Source: Eledone cirrhosa (taxonomy: Eukaryota). Taken from it: a stretch of DNA of 64,000 nucleotides. The stretch lies in assembly GCA_964016885.1 (NCBI GenBank), contig OZ024743.1:359290001-359354000 (forward strand), in the 5' to 3' direction. A model generated the notes under the pieces. The model was not told the origin of the DNA. It was given only the letters and a program-made list of their open reading frames with translations, and searched no databases. Below are positions 25,179-37,915 of the stretch, piece after piece (the stretch's first letter is position 1; every line of letters begins with the position of its first letter). Both the position numbers and the translations under genes were made by a program.

Positions 25179-25742
25179 TCCTTTGTCAGTGTTGAACAAA
25201 CGAGCAACGATGGTTGCTGGACACTACGGCTTAATACGGGATGTTTGTTTACAAACACACAGAGCATTATAATAAATGTTCGGTGAATCCATACGTACAT
25301 ATATATATATGTGTGCATGTATGTATATATATATACATACTACTGTACGTCTGTATACATATATGTATGTACGTGTACATACTTATATAAATATATATAT
25401 ATATGTATGTTTATATATATATTTATATACATATATATAAATATATATATATGAATGTATATGTAGAGGTTATATTTAATTTGTTGGGATACAACAAGCA
25501 AAATATTTTTATAACTGATATAAAGCACTCAACAAATTATTGGAGTAAATATACAATCAAGGAGATTCTAACCAGAATGGTTGTATCTTTTCAGGGTATG
25601 TCGATATTTACTTTTAAAACTAACCTATATTATATTTTATCTGATGAAAGCGCACCTTAGTGGCCCTTAAAATATGTATAATGAAATAAATATGGTTTTA
25701 TATATATAGTTTCCATTCGTTAATATATTGTATATATGTATG

Positions 25743-25774
<32 letters not shown>

Positions 25775-25856
25775 CATACATATATACATATATATATGTA
25801 TGTATATAAATATACATATATATATATATATATACATATATATATAAATATATATG

Positions 25857-25925
<69 letters not shown>

Positions 25926-26034
25926 ATATATATATATATATATATATACATACATATATATATATATACACATATATATATATATGTATGTATATATATA
26001 TATATATATATATAAGTATGTATATATATATATG

Positions 26035-26134
<100 letters not shown>

Positions 26135-26169
26135 AATATACACGGGTGTGTATGATTGTGTATAGAAGA

Positions 26170-26495
26170 TTATATTAATAAGAGGAATTCCAACTTTGTC
26201 TGATTTGCCCGTTTTATTTACAATCCTTTAAAATACAGTTTGCAAGATTTAGCATTCTGGAGCCACTTTTCACTGTATATAAGGTACAAAATTTACCATA
26301 TCATTACAGTTGAAAATTGCAAACTTGACTGTCACCACACACTATGAACCTGAAGATTGCGAAAGCATGAAAGTACTTGTTCAATTAACACTTAACATTT
26401 AATATTCTATCATACTATTTCATTATAATACCATTATAAATTTTAAAGGATTGTAAATAAAACGAGTAAATCAGACAAAGTTGGAATTCCTCTTA

Positions 26496-26503
<8 letters not shown>
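26170..26503 (+). mobile_element. 330-bp element with ~63-bp terminal inverted repeats and an internal HHR
   Basis: TATTAATAAGAGGAATTCCAACTTTGTCTGATTT..CAATCCTTTAAAAT and its reverse complement at 26440-26503. Abuts (TA)n. Confidence 0.8.
26345..26383 (+). ncRNA. Minimal type I hammerhead
   Basis: TGAAC-CTGAAGA-TTGCgaaaGCAT-GAAA-GTAC-TT-GTTCA. Confidence 0.82.
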
Positions 26504-26559
<56 letters not shown>

Positions 26560-26564
<5 letters not shown>

Positions 26565-26800
26565 CTGTGGGAGGGTCATATTGTTGTAATAATATTGTCA
26601 AAAATAATAATGAAACACACTCACTGTTTGGTTGGTTTTCGCTTCTGTATCTTTTATATCTCCATAGCTAATTTATTTGGCAATCAGTGTTTCTCATTGA
26701 TTGACCAACAGTTAAACATACAGATAGAAATATATATATATATATATAGTCTATCAAAATTCTTTCGTTGCACATCTGTAACATCATCAGTGGCACTATA
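26560..26800 (-). mobile_element. Solo PLE terminal fragment with HHR (related to 55060-57587)
   Basis: Matches 27450-27740. The minus strand has CTGATGA-TGTTACAgatgTGCAAC-GAAA. Confidence 0.7.
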
Positions 26801-27154
26801 GAATTTGTTTCATAAATAGTGACATATCCTAGAAACCAGACTTATCGGTTCGGGTTCCGTTTGGTACCCTTGAAATATATATAATAAAATAAATATGGTT
26901 TTATAAATATAGTTTTCCATTTATTAATATCAATGATGTTATACTCCAGGAATTTGCTGACTGCTTCGAATCTGTTATACATAAATTTGTTGAATTACCA
27001 ACAAATTAAATATCTCTTGGCTTTATAACATCTGAAACTTCTTCGCTTTTCCTTATTCTATTTATATAGATATAGATATATATATGTATATATATATATA
27101 TATATATTTATATACATATATATATATACATATATATACATATATACATATATG

Positions 27155-27216
<62 letters not shown>

Positions 27217-27425
27217 GAAAAACCACAGACCCTCCATCTCAACTCACCTTTTGAAAAGCAGAAGAACTGCGAAACCGGTAAAGGAACCAAATAAATATAT
27301 ATATTTAAAAAAAAAAATAAGACTTCAGTTGCATTTTCGATTTCATCCCTTTTTCTTTATACTTCCACTCGTGTAGGATACCTCGGTTATTTTTCATTTT
27401 GTAAAAAAAACCTCACTTTCTAATA
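27217..27425 (+). mobile_element. Solo 3' terminus of the Neptune-like PLE
   Basis: Matches 54705-54845 and the reverse of 52571-52777 and 61578-61778. Flanked by (TA)n. Confidence 0.85.
27247..27284 (+). ncRNA. Minimal hammerhead, U3:A8 core variant
   Basis: CCTT-TTGAAAA-GCAGaagaaCTGC-GAAA-CCGG-TA-AAGG. Confidence 0.75.
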
Positions 27426-27446
27426 TATGTATACATATATATATAT

Positions 27447-27605
27447 ATATTGTTATACTTGGGGAGGGTCATATTGTTGTAATAATATTGTCAAAAATAA
27501 TAATGGAACACACTCACTGTTTGGTTGGTTTTCGCTTCTGTATCTTTTACATCTCCATGGTTAATTTATTTGGCAATCAGTGTTTATCATTGATTGACCA
27601 ACAGT

Positions 27606-27693
<88 letters not shown>

Positions 27694-28052
27694 ATCAAAG
27701 TTCTTTCGTTGCACATCTGCAACATCATCAGTGGTACTATAATCATGTTCCCTCCTATTGTATTGAAATGTGTACGCCATTTTTCAAAACATTACACTAC
27801 AATAGGAGGCAACATGATTATAGTACCACTGATGATGTTGCATATGTGCAACGAAGGAACTTTGATAGACTATATATATATATATATGTATTTTTGACCG
27901 TTGGTCAATCAATGATAAACACTGATTGCCAAATAAATTAACCATGGAGATATAAAAGATACAGAAGCGAAAACCAACCAAACAGTGAGTGTGTTCCATT
28001 ATTATTTCTGACAATATTATTACAACAATATGACCTCCCCAAGTATAACAAT
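27447..28052. mobile_element. Fold-back PLE-terminus dimer with an HHR in each arm
   Basis: Arms are about 27450-27766 and 27793-28052. HHRs lie at 27693-27736 (-, CTGATGA-TGTTGCAgatgTGCAAC-GAAA) and 27824-27867 (+, GAAG variant). The internal (TA)n differs in length between arms. Confidence 0.85.
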
Positions 28053-28113
28053 ATTTGTTTCGACACACGATTTCATATCAAAAACCTTGCAAAACAAAAT
28101 ATATATATATATG

Positions 28114-28447
<334 letters not shown>

Positions 28448-28852
28448 AAATGACACCAAAACAATTAGAAGAAAATTGAGAAAGCAAATGTCAAAAAAAT
28501 ATATATTAATAAAAATGGAGAAAAAAATTAAGTACCAAGAAGGACGAAAACTGATAGAATATAAAATAAAGATATATATATATAAAGAGCAAGAAAAAAG
28601 AGCAAAGTACTATTTATTAATATTTTAAAGCCATAAATTATATTTATTATGCAATAAATCAATACTTCAGACTACTACGTAGAGTCTTAACAAAAAAATA
28701 TGAGCACATAAAAAATCAAATTCCTATAAGCTTACTGTGAAAGTATCAATTTGAACAGTGATGATTATAATGTTCCACCGACTCAATGATTCAGTAGTAA
28801 TTCATGTTTTTCATGTGGTAGTGGGAGTTTTCTGGGATTTGTAAAGATTTTG

Positions 28853-29162
<310 letters not shown>

Positions 29163-29169
29163 TATATAT

Positions 29170-29207
<38 letters not shown>

Positions 29208-29239
29208 GAGTGTGTGTGTGTGAGTGAGTGTTTGTGTGT

Positions 29240-29309
<70 letters not shown>

Positions 29310-29584
29310 TGGACCTCCATCACTTCCGACGACGAGTATTCAAGTTATTCGAACAACGGAAAACCCAGCCCAAGAAATTAATGAGAAAGATACGTGAACC
29401 AATGGCAGAGTTCTCAGGGAAATTTAGCATAACAAGGCTTTGAATTACAGGCACAACTCATTTTATCCCACTGAGTGAACTACAGAAAAGTGAAAGAAAT
29501 TGTAAGGACTCAACGCAGCGCTAGGAATCGACCTCACGAGCTTACCACGATGTATATGGTATGTATGTATTTATCAACACTCAT

Positions 29585-29644
<60 letters not shown>

Positions 29645-31322
29645 GTCTATGTGTGTGTGTGTGTTGTTTTTGTATAGAGTTTAAAAAAATTCGCGGAATG
29701 TCAGATTTTGATTCTTCGTAAATTTCCCGTTATTGAATATAATTCCATTCTTTCTTTAATCTTTTTCTCTGTTATGAATATGATTTGTTATGAAAAAACT
29801 ATGAAAGCATGTATTTAGTTATAGCTAATCTATTATATACTAAGAGAACCACTTAAACAAACCGATGAACAAACTGATAAATAAAAATAAATACAGAGCG
29901 ATATAGGTTCTACAAATTTATTATATTATTCCGGTTATGTTTTCTCCTTCAGCAGTTCGAGGACTTGTCTATATAGTGATATTTTATTAGTTGACTTACT
30001 ATCTATCTATTTGAGTTACTGTCTTTGCTTGACTCTCTGATTGTTGTGTACATATGATTTTATATTTACATTATTGACCCTCCTTGACAAAACAGTAAGA
30101 AACTTTGAATGAGATTTGGGTAATAATTCTAGCGAATCGGACAAAATGGTGGCTCTCTTACTGATTTCTAGGGTTACGTTCGTTGTTTTTAGAGCACTGA
30201 CTGAACAAACCTATGAACAAACGGCCTTCTATGACGTCTTTTTATCGGTATCTAATATGTCCCTTCCGTTTTGAAGAAGGTGGGGACTGTAATACAAAGG
30301 AATTTGACCGCGGGCCTTACGATTGTGCGAAAGGCTTCACGTTCGTTCATGATGCTGTTGCTGGCGAAGTTTATCCTCATGTTATGTTGGGTTGGACTAT
30401 TGAGTGTTAGGTTTCTTAGCCCAATATATATAAGACAAACTATTTTGTGGTATTTAGCTCCATCGTTTTCAATTATGAGCTCATATCCCCTGGAAGTTCA
30501 TTAGCTATATTCCTTTTCCATTAAGGTCGATTGTATCGGATGCACCCACTCGTCTTGTGCAAATATATCGCATTCATATATGTTCCCTCATACTTCATAC
30601 TTTAATATATATTTGTATATCTGTTTCTAATTCAGGAAGTTCTTGTAATCAATATAAATGCACGAGGATATCTAAAATCTGTACTGATACAGAGGGTTCA
30701 GAGTTATTTTAGGTTAAACAGAGCAGCTGGATTTGGGGAACGTTCACTTTACAGAAAAATCTTTAATACTATGTAACGATGATAAAAATTTCCTCAAAAC
30801 ATTGATAACATAAAGAAAGAAATATAACAGCAGTAAATGAACTTAAAACGATTTCCAATCCAATAATGTCGTTTATTATTTGATAATATTTATCAACGAA
30901 TGCCAGTTAAAAACAATAAAGCATACGAAACCAATTCTTTTTAGCAGCTCTATATAAGAAATAGTTTCTACCCTATATTTAAGTTCAACCGGACTGTAGA
31001 ATTTAACGAAATTTACTATAGGTTTACATCATTTACACTCCAAGGACTTAAATGAGAGTAATTATTTATTATTTAGTTTTTGAAATCGTTAATAGAATTG
31101 GCATCAAAAAGATATCTTAGTTTATTTTCTAGGAGAGAGAAACATATGTTCCATGTGATGGAACCAGCCTACTCTCCCTATAATACAATCGATTTGATGG
31201 TAAATTTTATAAGTAAATTCAAATAAATCATGTAAATAAAAGAAATTCTAGTTTTGTTCCAGTGAAACTGTCAACAGGATAAATCTATTTTCAGAATATA
31301 TTTCGTCCACAGAATTCCAATA

Positions 31323-32206
31323 TTATATAACATTGATTAATTGATCATGGTGGTTCTGGAAAGGCTGGATCATGGGGATTGATACTGGAATTGGCTGTAG
31401 TAGTGTTAGAATTTCCTCCCATGGCTCTATATTACCCGGTTTGGGTTGTGATAAGAATAGGGATCGCAAACTGTGTTCACAGTTATGAAGGGAAAGAAAG
31501 GAAATAACAGTAGATTATTGTTGTGTTTAGTATAGAAGTATTTGTTGAATAGTTATTCTGTGAATTATGTTGGTTTTAATACATCTGTTGTTTATGAAAT
31601 TTTATAAGAAAGTGGGTTGTTTTCGTTTAGATTCAGAGGATAATACTATTAGAGCTACAATAAGGGCTTAAAGTTTACAGGAAATATATCAATGCATAAA
31701 TTTATTTGGTATAAATAGTCTTTCACTACCACAAGTTTGTTGAAGTACGCTATTTCAATAGTTCATACAAATCAGGGAGAGCCTGTACAATACATGGTCA
31801 CGGTCTCTCATTCTCTGTTTAAAGTATAAAAAAACTAATTTAATTAAGGGGAGGATCATTCAAAGGACATAAATATATATACGTTAGATTTCAATAAATA
31901 ACCAACTGATATATAAGAGATTCTACAATATAGTCACTCCTCATTTGTACCCCCACCCCACACCGAATATTCAATAATTAAGAGAAATAATAATGCGAAC
32001 TTTGACAACAAGCGAGCGTGCAACTTTGAGTAAGTGAGCAATACAGTAATCATCGGAATACAGTATTCCGATGATTTGATCAGAGACACACACTGTATTT
32101 AAGGTCGAGTGACGTAACTTCGAGTAATCAGCAGCCTTTAGACTCACCTGATCAATGAAACAATTATTAATACTGTAAATAAAATCCTTTTTGTACAGCC
32201 GACCAT
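31323..32206 (-). CDS. Candidate two-exon small secreted or membrane-anchored peptide (68 aa; exons 32206-32148 and 31470-31323)
   Basis: Exon 1 is MVGCTKRILFTVLIIVSLI and ends at CAG|GTGAGT (phase 2). Exon 2 follows a pyrimidine tract plus CAG and stays open longest in phase 2: (S)LRSLFLSQPKPGNIEPWEEILTLLQPIPVSIPMIQPFQNHHDQLINVI*. No homology recognised. Confidence 0.4.
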
Positions 32207-32628
32207 GTTATTCTTCACTCTTTCACTATTATTACTCCAAGAATAACCTGCATGGGAATTCTCGCCAACTCGCTACCTAACTAAGGAAACCTCTTGTTGA
32301 GTCAAACAACGCCGTACGTTAAAACTATCCATAGTACAGAGTACTCACAATCTCTAACTGGATTACCTAAAACGATAACTTGTTATCCCATATATATACA
32401 CATGATGCTATATAATGTGAACATGTGCAGTCGTGGCTACTTATTTGTTCTGTCGTTAAATATTGAATTTGTTAAATATTGAATTTGTTCGTAAGTGAAG
32501 AAAATAAATCAAATATAAAGATGTCGATATATATATCATGTATTACATACATTATATATATACGCTACTGCTAAAGAAAGTTCTGAATACAAAATCGATT
32601 ATAGATTGCGTCTATCTATCTATCTAAG

Positions 32629-35600
32629 CCTCAAACAAAAGCAAAAAACCAGCTCAACCATCACAGAGTGAGATAGAGCTGGTTTTAAAAGATGTCATGA
32701 AAGACATCATATTCATTCAGAAGGATAGACTCTACGGGAGTCTATCCATTCTCATGAAGGACAGGGACATAGCAGTGAAACTGTCCATAAAACCAATTAC
32801 ATCTACCGTATACACCTTCTACCCTACGTACATGGGTAGAAGGACACAATAAATAAAAATTCACACCATCCTTCCGATTATGGACATATGGTGGGTATTG
32901 ACAGGTTTCCTGAACCTAGACGATGACACACTAATATCCATGAGAAAGGCATCGGGTGACGCGTTCAGTGGAACGAACCTCGAACTTGTAGTTCAAATGA
33001 GGCCCGAAAGGATCGCCCAGATCCCTGAACGCGTCATACTGGATGATCAAACTTTTATCAACATTACCGTTGAGGGTAGGCGGCCCTCGTGTTACCTCTG
33101 TGGAGCCAGAGATCACCTGAGGGCTGTCTGTCCTCAACTTAATAAGAAAACCCCAATCCTTCCTACACCACCAACAACTGCACAACCAACACAATCACCA
33201 CTACAAAAACAACCACAGCTCAAACCAAAACAAAACAATGTCCCCCCCCCCACTAAAAAAAAAACAATTTCCAAAACACCCGCACCGCAAACACAACCCG
33301 AAAATCTACCCCTCCCCTCCAACGCGGAAGATGACCCTCGTTCGTCGTCAGACGAGGAGGAGCACTTCCACACAATCAAAAGAAAAAAAAAGAAAACACA
33401 CCTCAGACAAACAAATGAAAACAACCCCTCCCCAAAACATAACACAGACACCAACACAAAAGAGCACACAACAACAGCAAACAAAAAACACCACACAAAA
33501 ACAAAAACATGCATACACATACATAAACACAAGAAATAAAAAACTGCTAAACATTGTGTACAACAACAATTTAGTAAAAACCCACGGGCCTAACTTCACC
33601 CAGGTAGGGGATTTCCCCCACCTCAAAATGATTAAGTCCCCAGAAGACACATATAAAACACTAAAAAACAACTTTAAAGAGGACGTGAGCCCCCCCCCCC
33701 CCCCCCTGCGTCGGTCCCATTAACCGCGTCCTCATAAAAAACTTCCCCACCTCCTCCCCAAACACCCACACAACTCCAAACACCCCAACCACACAACACA
33801 CTGATGCCCCTACACTTCAACAAACCACCACCCCACCCAACAACCCATCCCCCACCCTCATGGAAATTGTACAGCCCGATACCCGGGACGCAGAGAGGTT
33901 AGTGCCTTTTCTCTTCACCACCAACATGGCTATGCTAAGAGTAGGCTGTATAAATGCTCGTGGCCTGGGCTCAACTAGGAAGCAAGCAATGCTTCTAAAT
34001 GACCTCAGGTCACAACGTATAGATGTGATGGTTATTTGCGAGGCCCGGATCAGCAACGTGCGACAGCTGGCCCCCACCTTTGATGACTTTGAGATGCACG
34101 CATCTCTCTGTCAGCCCGGAGGTGGGGGTGGGGTTGTCGTTCTGCTGCAAAAACATCTGGGTCTCGCAACACAGACGGTACATTTGAACCCGGAGGGTCG
34201 ACTAGTGGTTCTGGACCTTGGCAGGGGTGAAGGCGGAGCGTTTAGGTTGGTAGCCGTGTACAGCCCTTTCGGGTCAATGCCGCCGGACTTCTTCAATCGT
34301 CTGGAGACTTTTCTAGGGACGTCCCGCTCCTTGCTATTAGTGGGGGACTGGAATGGTATCCTAGATGCACGTTGGGACTACGTAGGGGCCTGTCCCGATA
34401 GAGAGGGGTGTAATAGCCTCAAAAAGTTAATCGGTCGATTTGACCTGGCCGATAGATATCGACTAGATTTTCCGACTGCGCCAACCTGGACTTGGGCAAA
34501 CCGTAGCGGATCATCTAGGTCGTACCTAGATAGGTTCTTAGTTAGAAATAATGATAAGGACTTTTTAGTTGTCCAAAAATGCGCATGGTTGGCTATTCAG
34601 ACCACAAGTTAGTGACCTGCATGTTCAACCTTGACAGAACGCATAGCATTAGTTAAGGAACGGTTTAGTTAAGGAACGGTTGACGGGCGCCACCGTCAAC
34701 AGTAGGTGGTGGGGATCTCTCAAAAGAGAGATTAGAGTAGTCTCTATAGAATTTAGTAAGGAATTAGCCTCAAATAGAAATAGGAAGGAAAGGGAGTTGG
34801 TAGATAGTGTAGAAGAGGCAGTTAGAAGCGCGACGTGGCCAGAGTGCTGGCGTCAAGAACGGCCCTGGGCCAGTTCTTCGACGCGAAACACGAAGGCTGC
34901 ATCGTGCGAAGAAAAATACGTGCTCTAGGAAACGAGGGGATCAAAGCTGTTAGCTGGGCCCGCGTGACAGAAGCCAAAAGAGAGAGTGGATCCACTATCC
35001 GGTCTTTGCGAGACCAGGATGGACGGGTGATCCTTGACTCTAAGCAGATGTGCGAGGCTTTTCAAAAGCACTTTGCCAGATTGTTCGGATGAGGTGGCGA
35101 GCCGGTTGGGGAAGTGGACTTCGGTCCATACCGCGACGGCCTGCCGCGTCTCTCGGATAGGGAGGCGAAGACCTGCGAGGAGCCGATTTCAGCCGCTGAG
35201 ATAGAGGACGTGCTGAGCCAATGCAGCAAACGCAAATCCCGGGGTCTCGATGGTCTTCCATACGAACTATATCTAGCTATGCCGGACTTGTTCCCCGATC
35301 TCCTCTAGGCGGTCTACTGCAACTGGCAACAGAACGGGAGAATTCCCTGTGCTGTGACCAAGGGCGTAGTCACGCAAGTGAGGAAGGATGAGAACAAGGG
35401 GGACGATATAAATAATTTCAGGCCCATAACTCTGCTAAATACAGAGTTACAGATTTTGGCCAAGGTGCTAGCAAAGAGGTTGGCGCTTGTCGTTGGCAAC
35501 CTGATGGGAGATGCGCAGACATGTGCTATCCCGTCCAGGTCGATCCACTACAACCTCCACCTCATGCGATACACCATAGAGAGGGTTGGGAACGAACCCG

Positions 35601-37537
35601 GCTTTGGTGGGGCCCTGATCAACTTGGATCAATCTAAGGCGTTCGATAGGGTCGACCATGGTTACCTGGATGCGGTGCTAGCGGCGGCAGGCTTCGGACC
35701 GGTTTTCAGAGGCTGGTTCAATGCCATGCACAGTAGCCGCATCTGCTCTAGGGTGAAGGTGAACGGCTACCTCTCGGAGCCGTTCGAAATCGCGCGGTCC
35801 ATCCGACAAGGGTGCCCTCTCTCCTCCCTTCTGTATATAATGACTCTAGAGCCACTGCTGCGGAAGTTGGAGTTGTTGCAGGGCATCCCGTTGGAACCGG
35901 GATTGCGGAAAGCCGTGTCGGCCTACGCCGATGACATAACAGTAATGGTGTCGACGGCCTCGGAAATCGGGGCGATCGGCACCTTCATGGAGGAGTACGA
36001 AAGGTTTACAGGGACTAAGCTGAACCGGGACTAGTCGATCGGTCTACAACTCGGCACGTGGAGGGGCAGATCGATGCCCTCCGATGGCTTCGTCGGGCGC
36101 TGGACGGAGGGCCCGGTGAAGTTGCTCGGGGTCTGGTTCGGATAAGACCTCCAGGTGGAGAAGAACTGGGGTGAGGTAACGAACAGGGTGTTTGCACTGA
36201 CCCAGAAGTGGGCTGAGTGCAAACTGTCCCTGAAAGGTCGGGCGGAGGTGGTAAACACTTATGTAGCGTCCGTCATCTACTACCGCCTGACCGTTGTGCC
36301 TTGCCCAAGGGAAACGCTCGCCAAAATGGAGCGCGCACTCTTCCAATTTCTTTTGAAGAAGCAGGCTCCTATGGTGAGGAGATGCATCTGCTGTCAACAC
36401 GCTTCGAAAGGAGGGATGGGAATGCCGTGGCTAATGATACGTAAACACGCACTAAGGCTACGGCACCTCCAGGTATACCTCACCGGTCAACCGGTGTGGG
36501 CTCCGTTTGTGAGGCGAGCCTTTCCCAGACTCGTCTCGCTCACCGAGCTGCAATCCTGGGTCAAGCAAAGACCGAGAAAACTGGGCGCCTGGAACACCGA
36601 GTGTGCCCAGGCGCTCACGGCTCTCTGGGAGGCGGACCCGGCTGTCAGTGGAGAATCCACCTCGTCATTCTATAGAGGGCTGGTGGTTAGCAGGTGCGAC
36701 GACGGCCTCGGAGAAGCCCTAGGCATGGAGGAAGACGAACTGGCCAACCTGTTCGGTAGGACATTCAGCCCGGGACCCATGGATAACTTCCAGAAGTCCC
36801 TGCTACCGAGGGGCTCTGCCCGTTCGAGAAAGGCTCTACAGACACGGGCGCCGGGGTAGTGACCCATCGAAAAAGATCTGTCCCAGATGCGTGTGCGACG
36901 AGGAAATCGTTGCACACGCATTGGTACACTGCTCGGGCATTGCCGATCTGTGGGGCTATGTCGAACAACTGCTGTCAAGGGTGGGACCGATCCGGTTGAC
37001 CACCGAGTCTATTGTAACGATCAAGCCGCCTCCCCTCTTCAAAAACGAAGGAGTGGCGGTGTTTCTGTGCGTAATAGCCATGGCGAAAGAGGTTGTATGG
37101 TGGACGCGTCTGAAAGGACTGAGGTCAGACACCTTTCTCTCTGGCCAACAACTGGTTCGTTTCTTCCGATATCATTTCGGAAGAAGGATCAGGATGGAGA
37201 GAGAGGTACTGCACCCCAGCCGTTTTATGAAAGATGGGTGAAAGTGGCGAGAATGGCCCGTGTGAATAGGCCTTCACTCTACATCAGACTATAAGTGAGG
37301 AAGATGAAAGATCAAGGGAGCACCCCCTCTCTGTGCTCCTGAGGGGAAGGGTTGCACACTCCCTATTGCGCCTCCTCCCTATTGAGGATTTTGTTATTAA
37401 ATTTATTTTTGTTATATTTTATTTTATTTTTATATCTTGTTATTGCCTCCTCCTTATTGAGGACGCCTTTTCATGTAAACTCCCCCCTTTGTACTTGTCC
37501 CACTTTTTGATGCCCTGGTGGCAAATAAAAAGAAAGT
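32629..37537 (+). mobile_element. Tx1/L1-clade LINE, 5'-truncated within ORF1, disrupted
   Basis: ORF1 has a CCHC knuckle (CYLCGARDHLRAVC). ORF2 has an APE domain (INARGLG..GDWN..SYLDRFLV) and RT (NFRPITLLN..LDQSKAFDRV..RQGCPLS..AYADDIT), plus C-terminal CPRCV..HALVHC. AATAAA at 37524. TATCTATCTAAG flanks both ends. Confidence 0.93.
33926..37241 (+). pseudogene. Tx1 ORF2 (APE endonuclease plus RT), multiple stops and frameshifts
   Basis: ORF-track pieces 33860-34612, 34680-35092, 35114-35308, 35354-36034, 36155-36859 and 36891-37241 are colinear. Confidence 0.9.
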
Positions 37538-37549
37538 TATCTATCTAAG

Positions 37550-37771
37550 GCTGTAGGTTGAGGAAAAAGAGGAAGAGAGGAAGGGAGTACTAACTCTTGG
37601 TGCTCCTGGAGATGAGGGTCGTACATTTTTTCAGGGTGTGTACAACCCCGTATTGGGGATTTCAATTGTTATTTGTTCTTCTATTAATAGTTTTATTTTC
37701 ATATACCTGTATGTAAACTCCCCATTTGTATTTGTCCTCTTCTTTTGTGCCCTTGTGGTTAATACAGAAAT

Positions 37772-37817
<46 letters not shown>

Positions 37818-37818
37818 G

Positions 37819-37914
<96 letters not shown>
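37550..37914 (+). mobile_element. Second Tx1-type 3'UTR fragment followed by about 35 (TATC) units
   Basis: End TGTAAACTCCCCATTTGTATTTGTCC..TGCCCTTGTGGTTAATACAGAAATT parallels 37475-37537. Confidence 0.7.

Positions 37915-37915
<1 letters not shown>

Larger units (their letters stand above)
24729..25390. mobile_element. Fold-back element with ~295-bp inverted arms, each carrying an intact HHR
   Basis: Arms 24729-25025 and 25095-25390 with a spacer of about 70 bp. The two near-identical mirror ORFs (24801+, 25085-) result from the palindrome. Confidence 0.9.
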
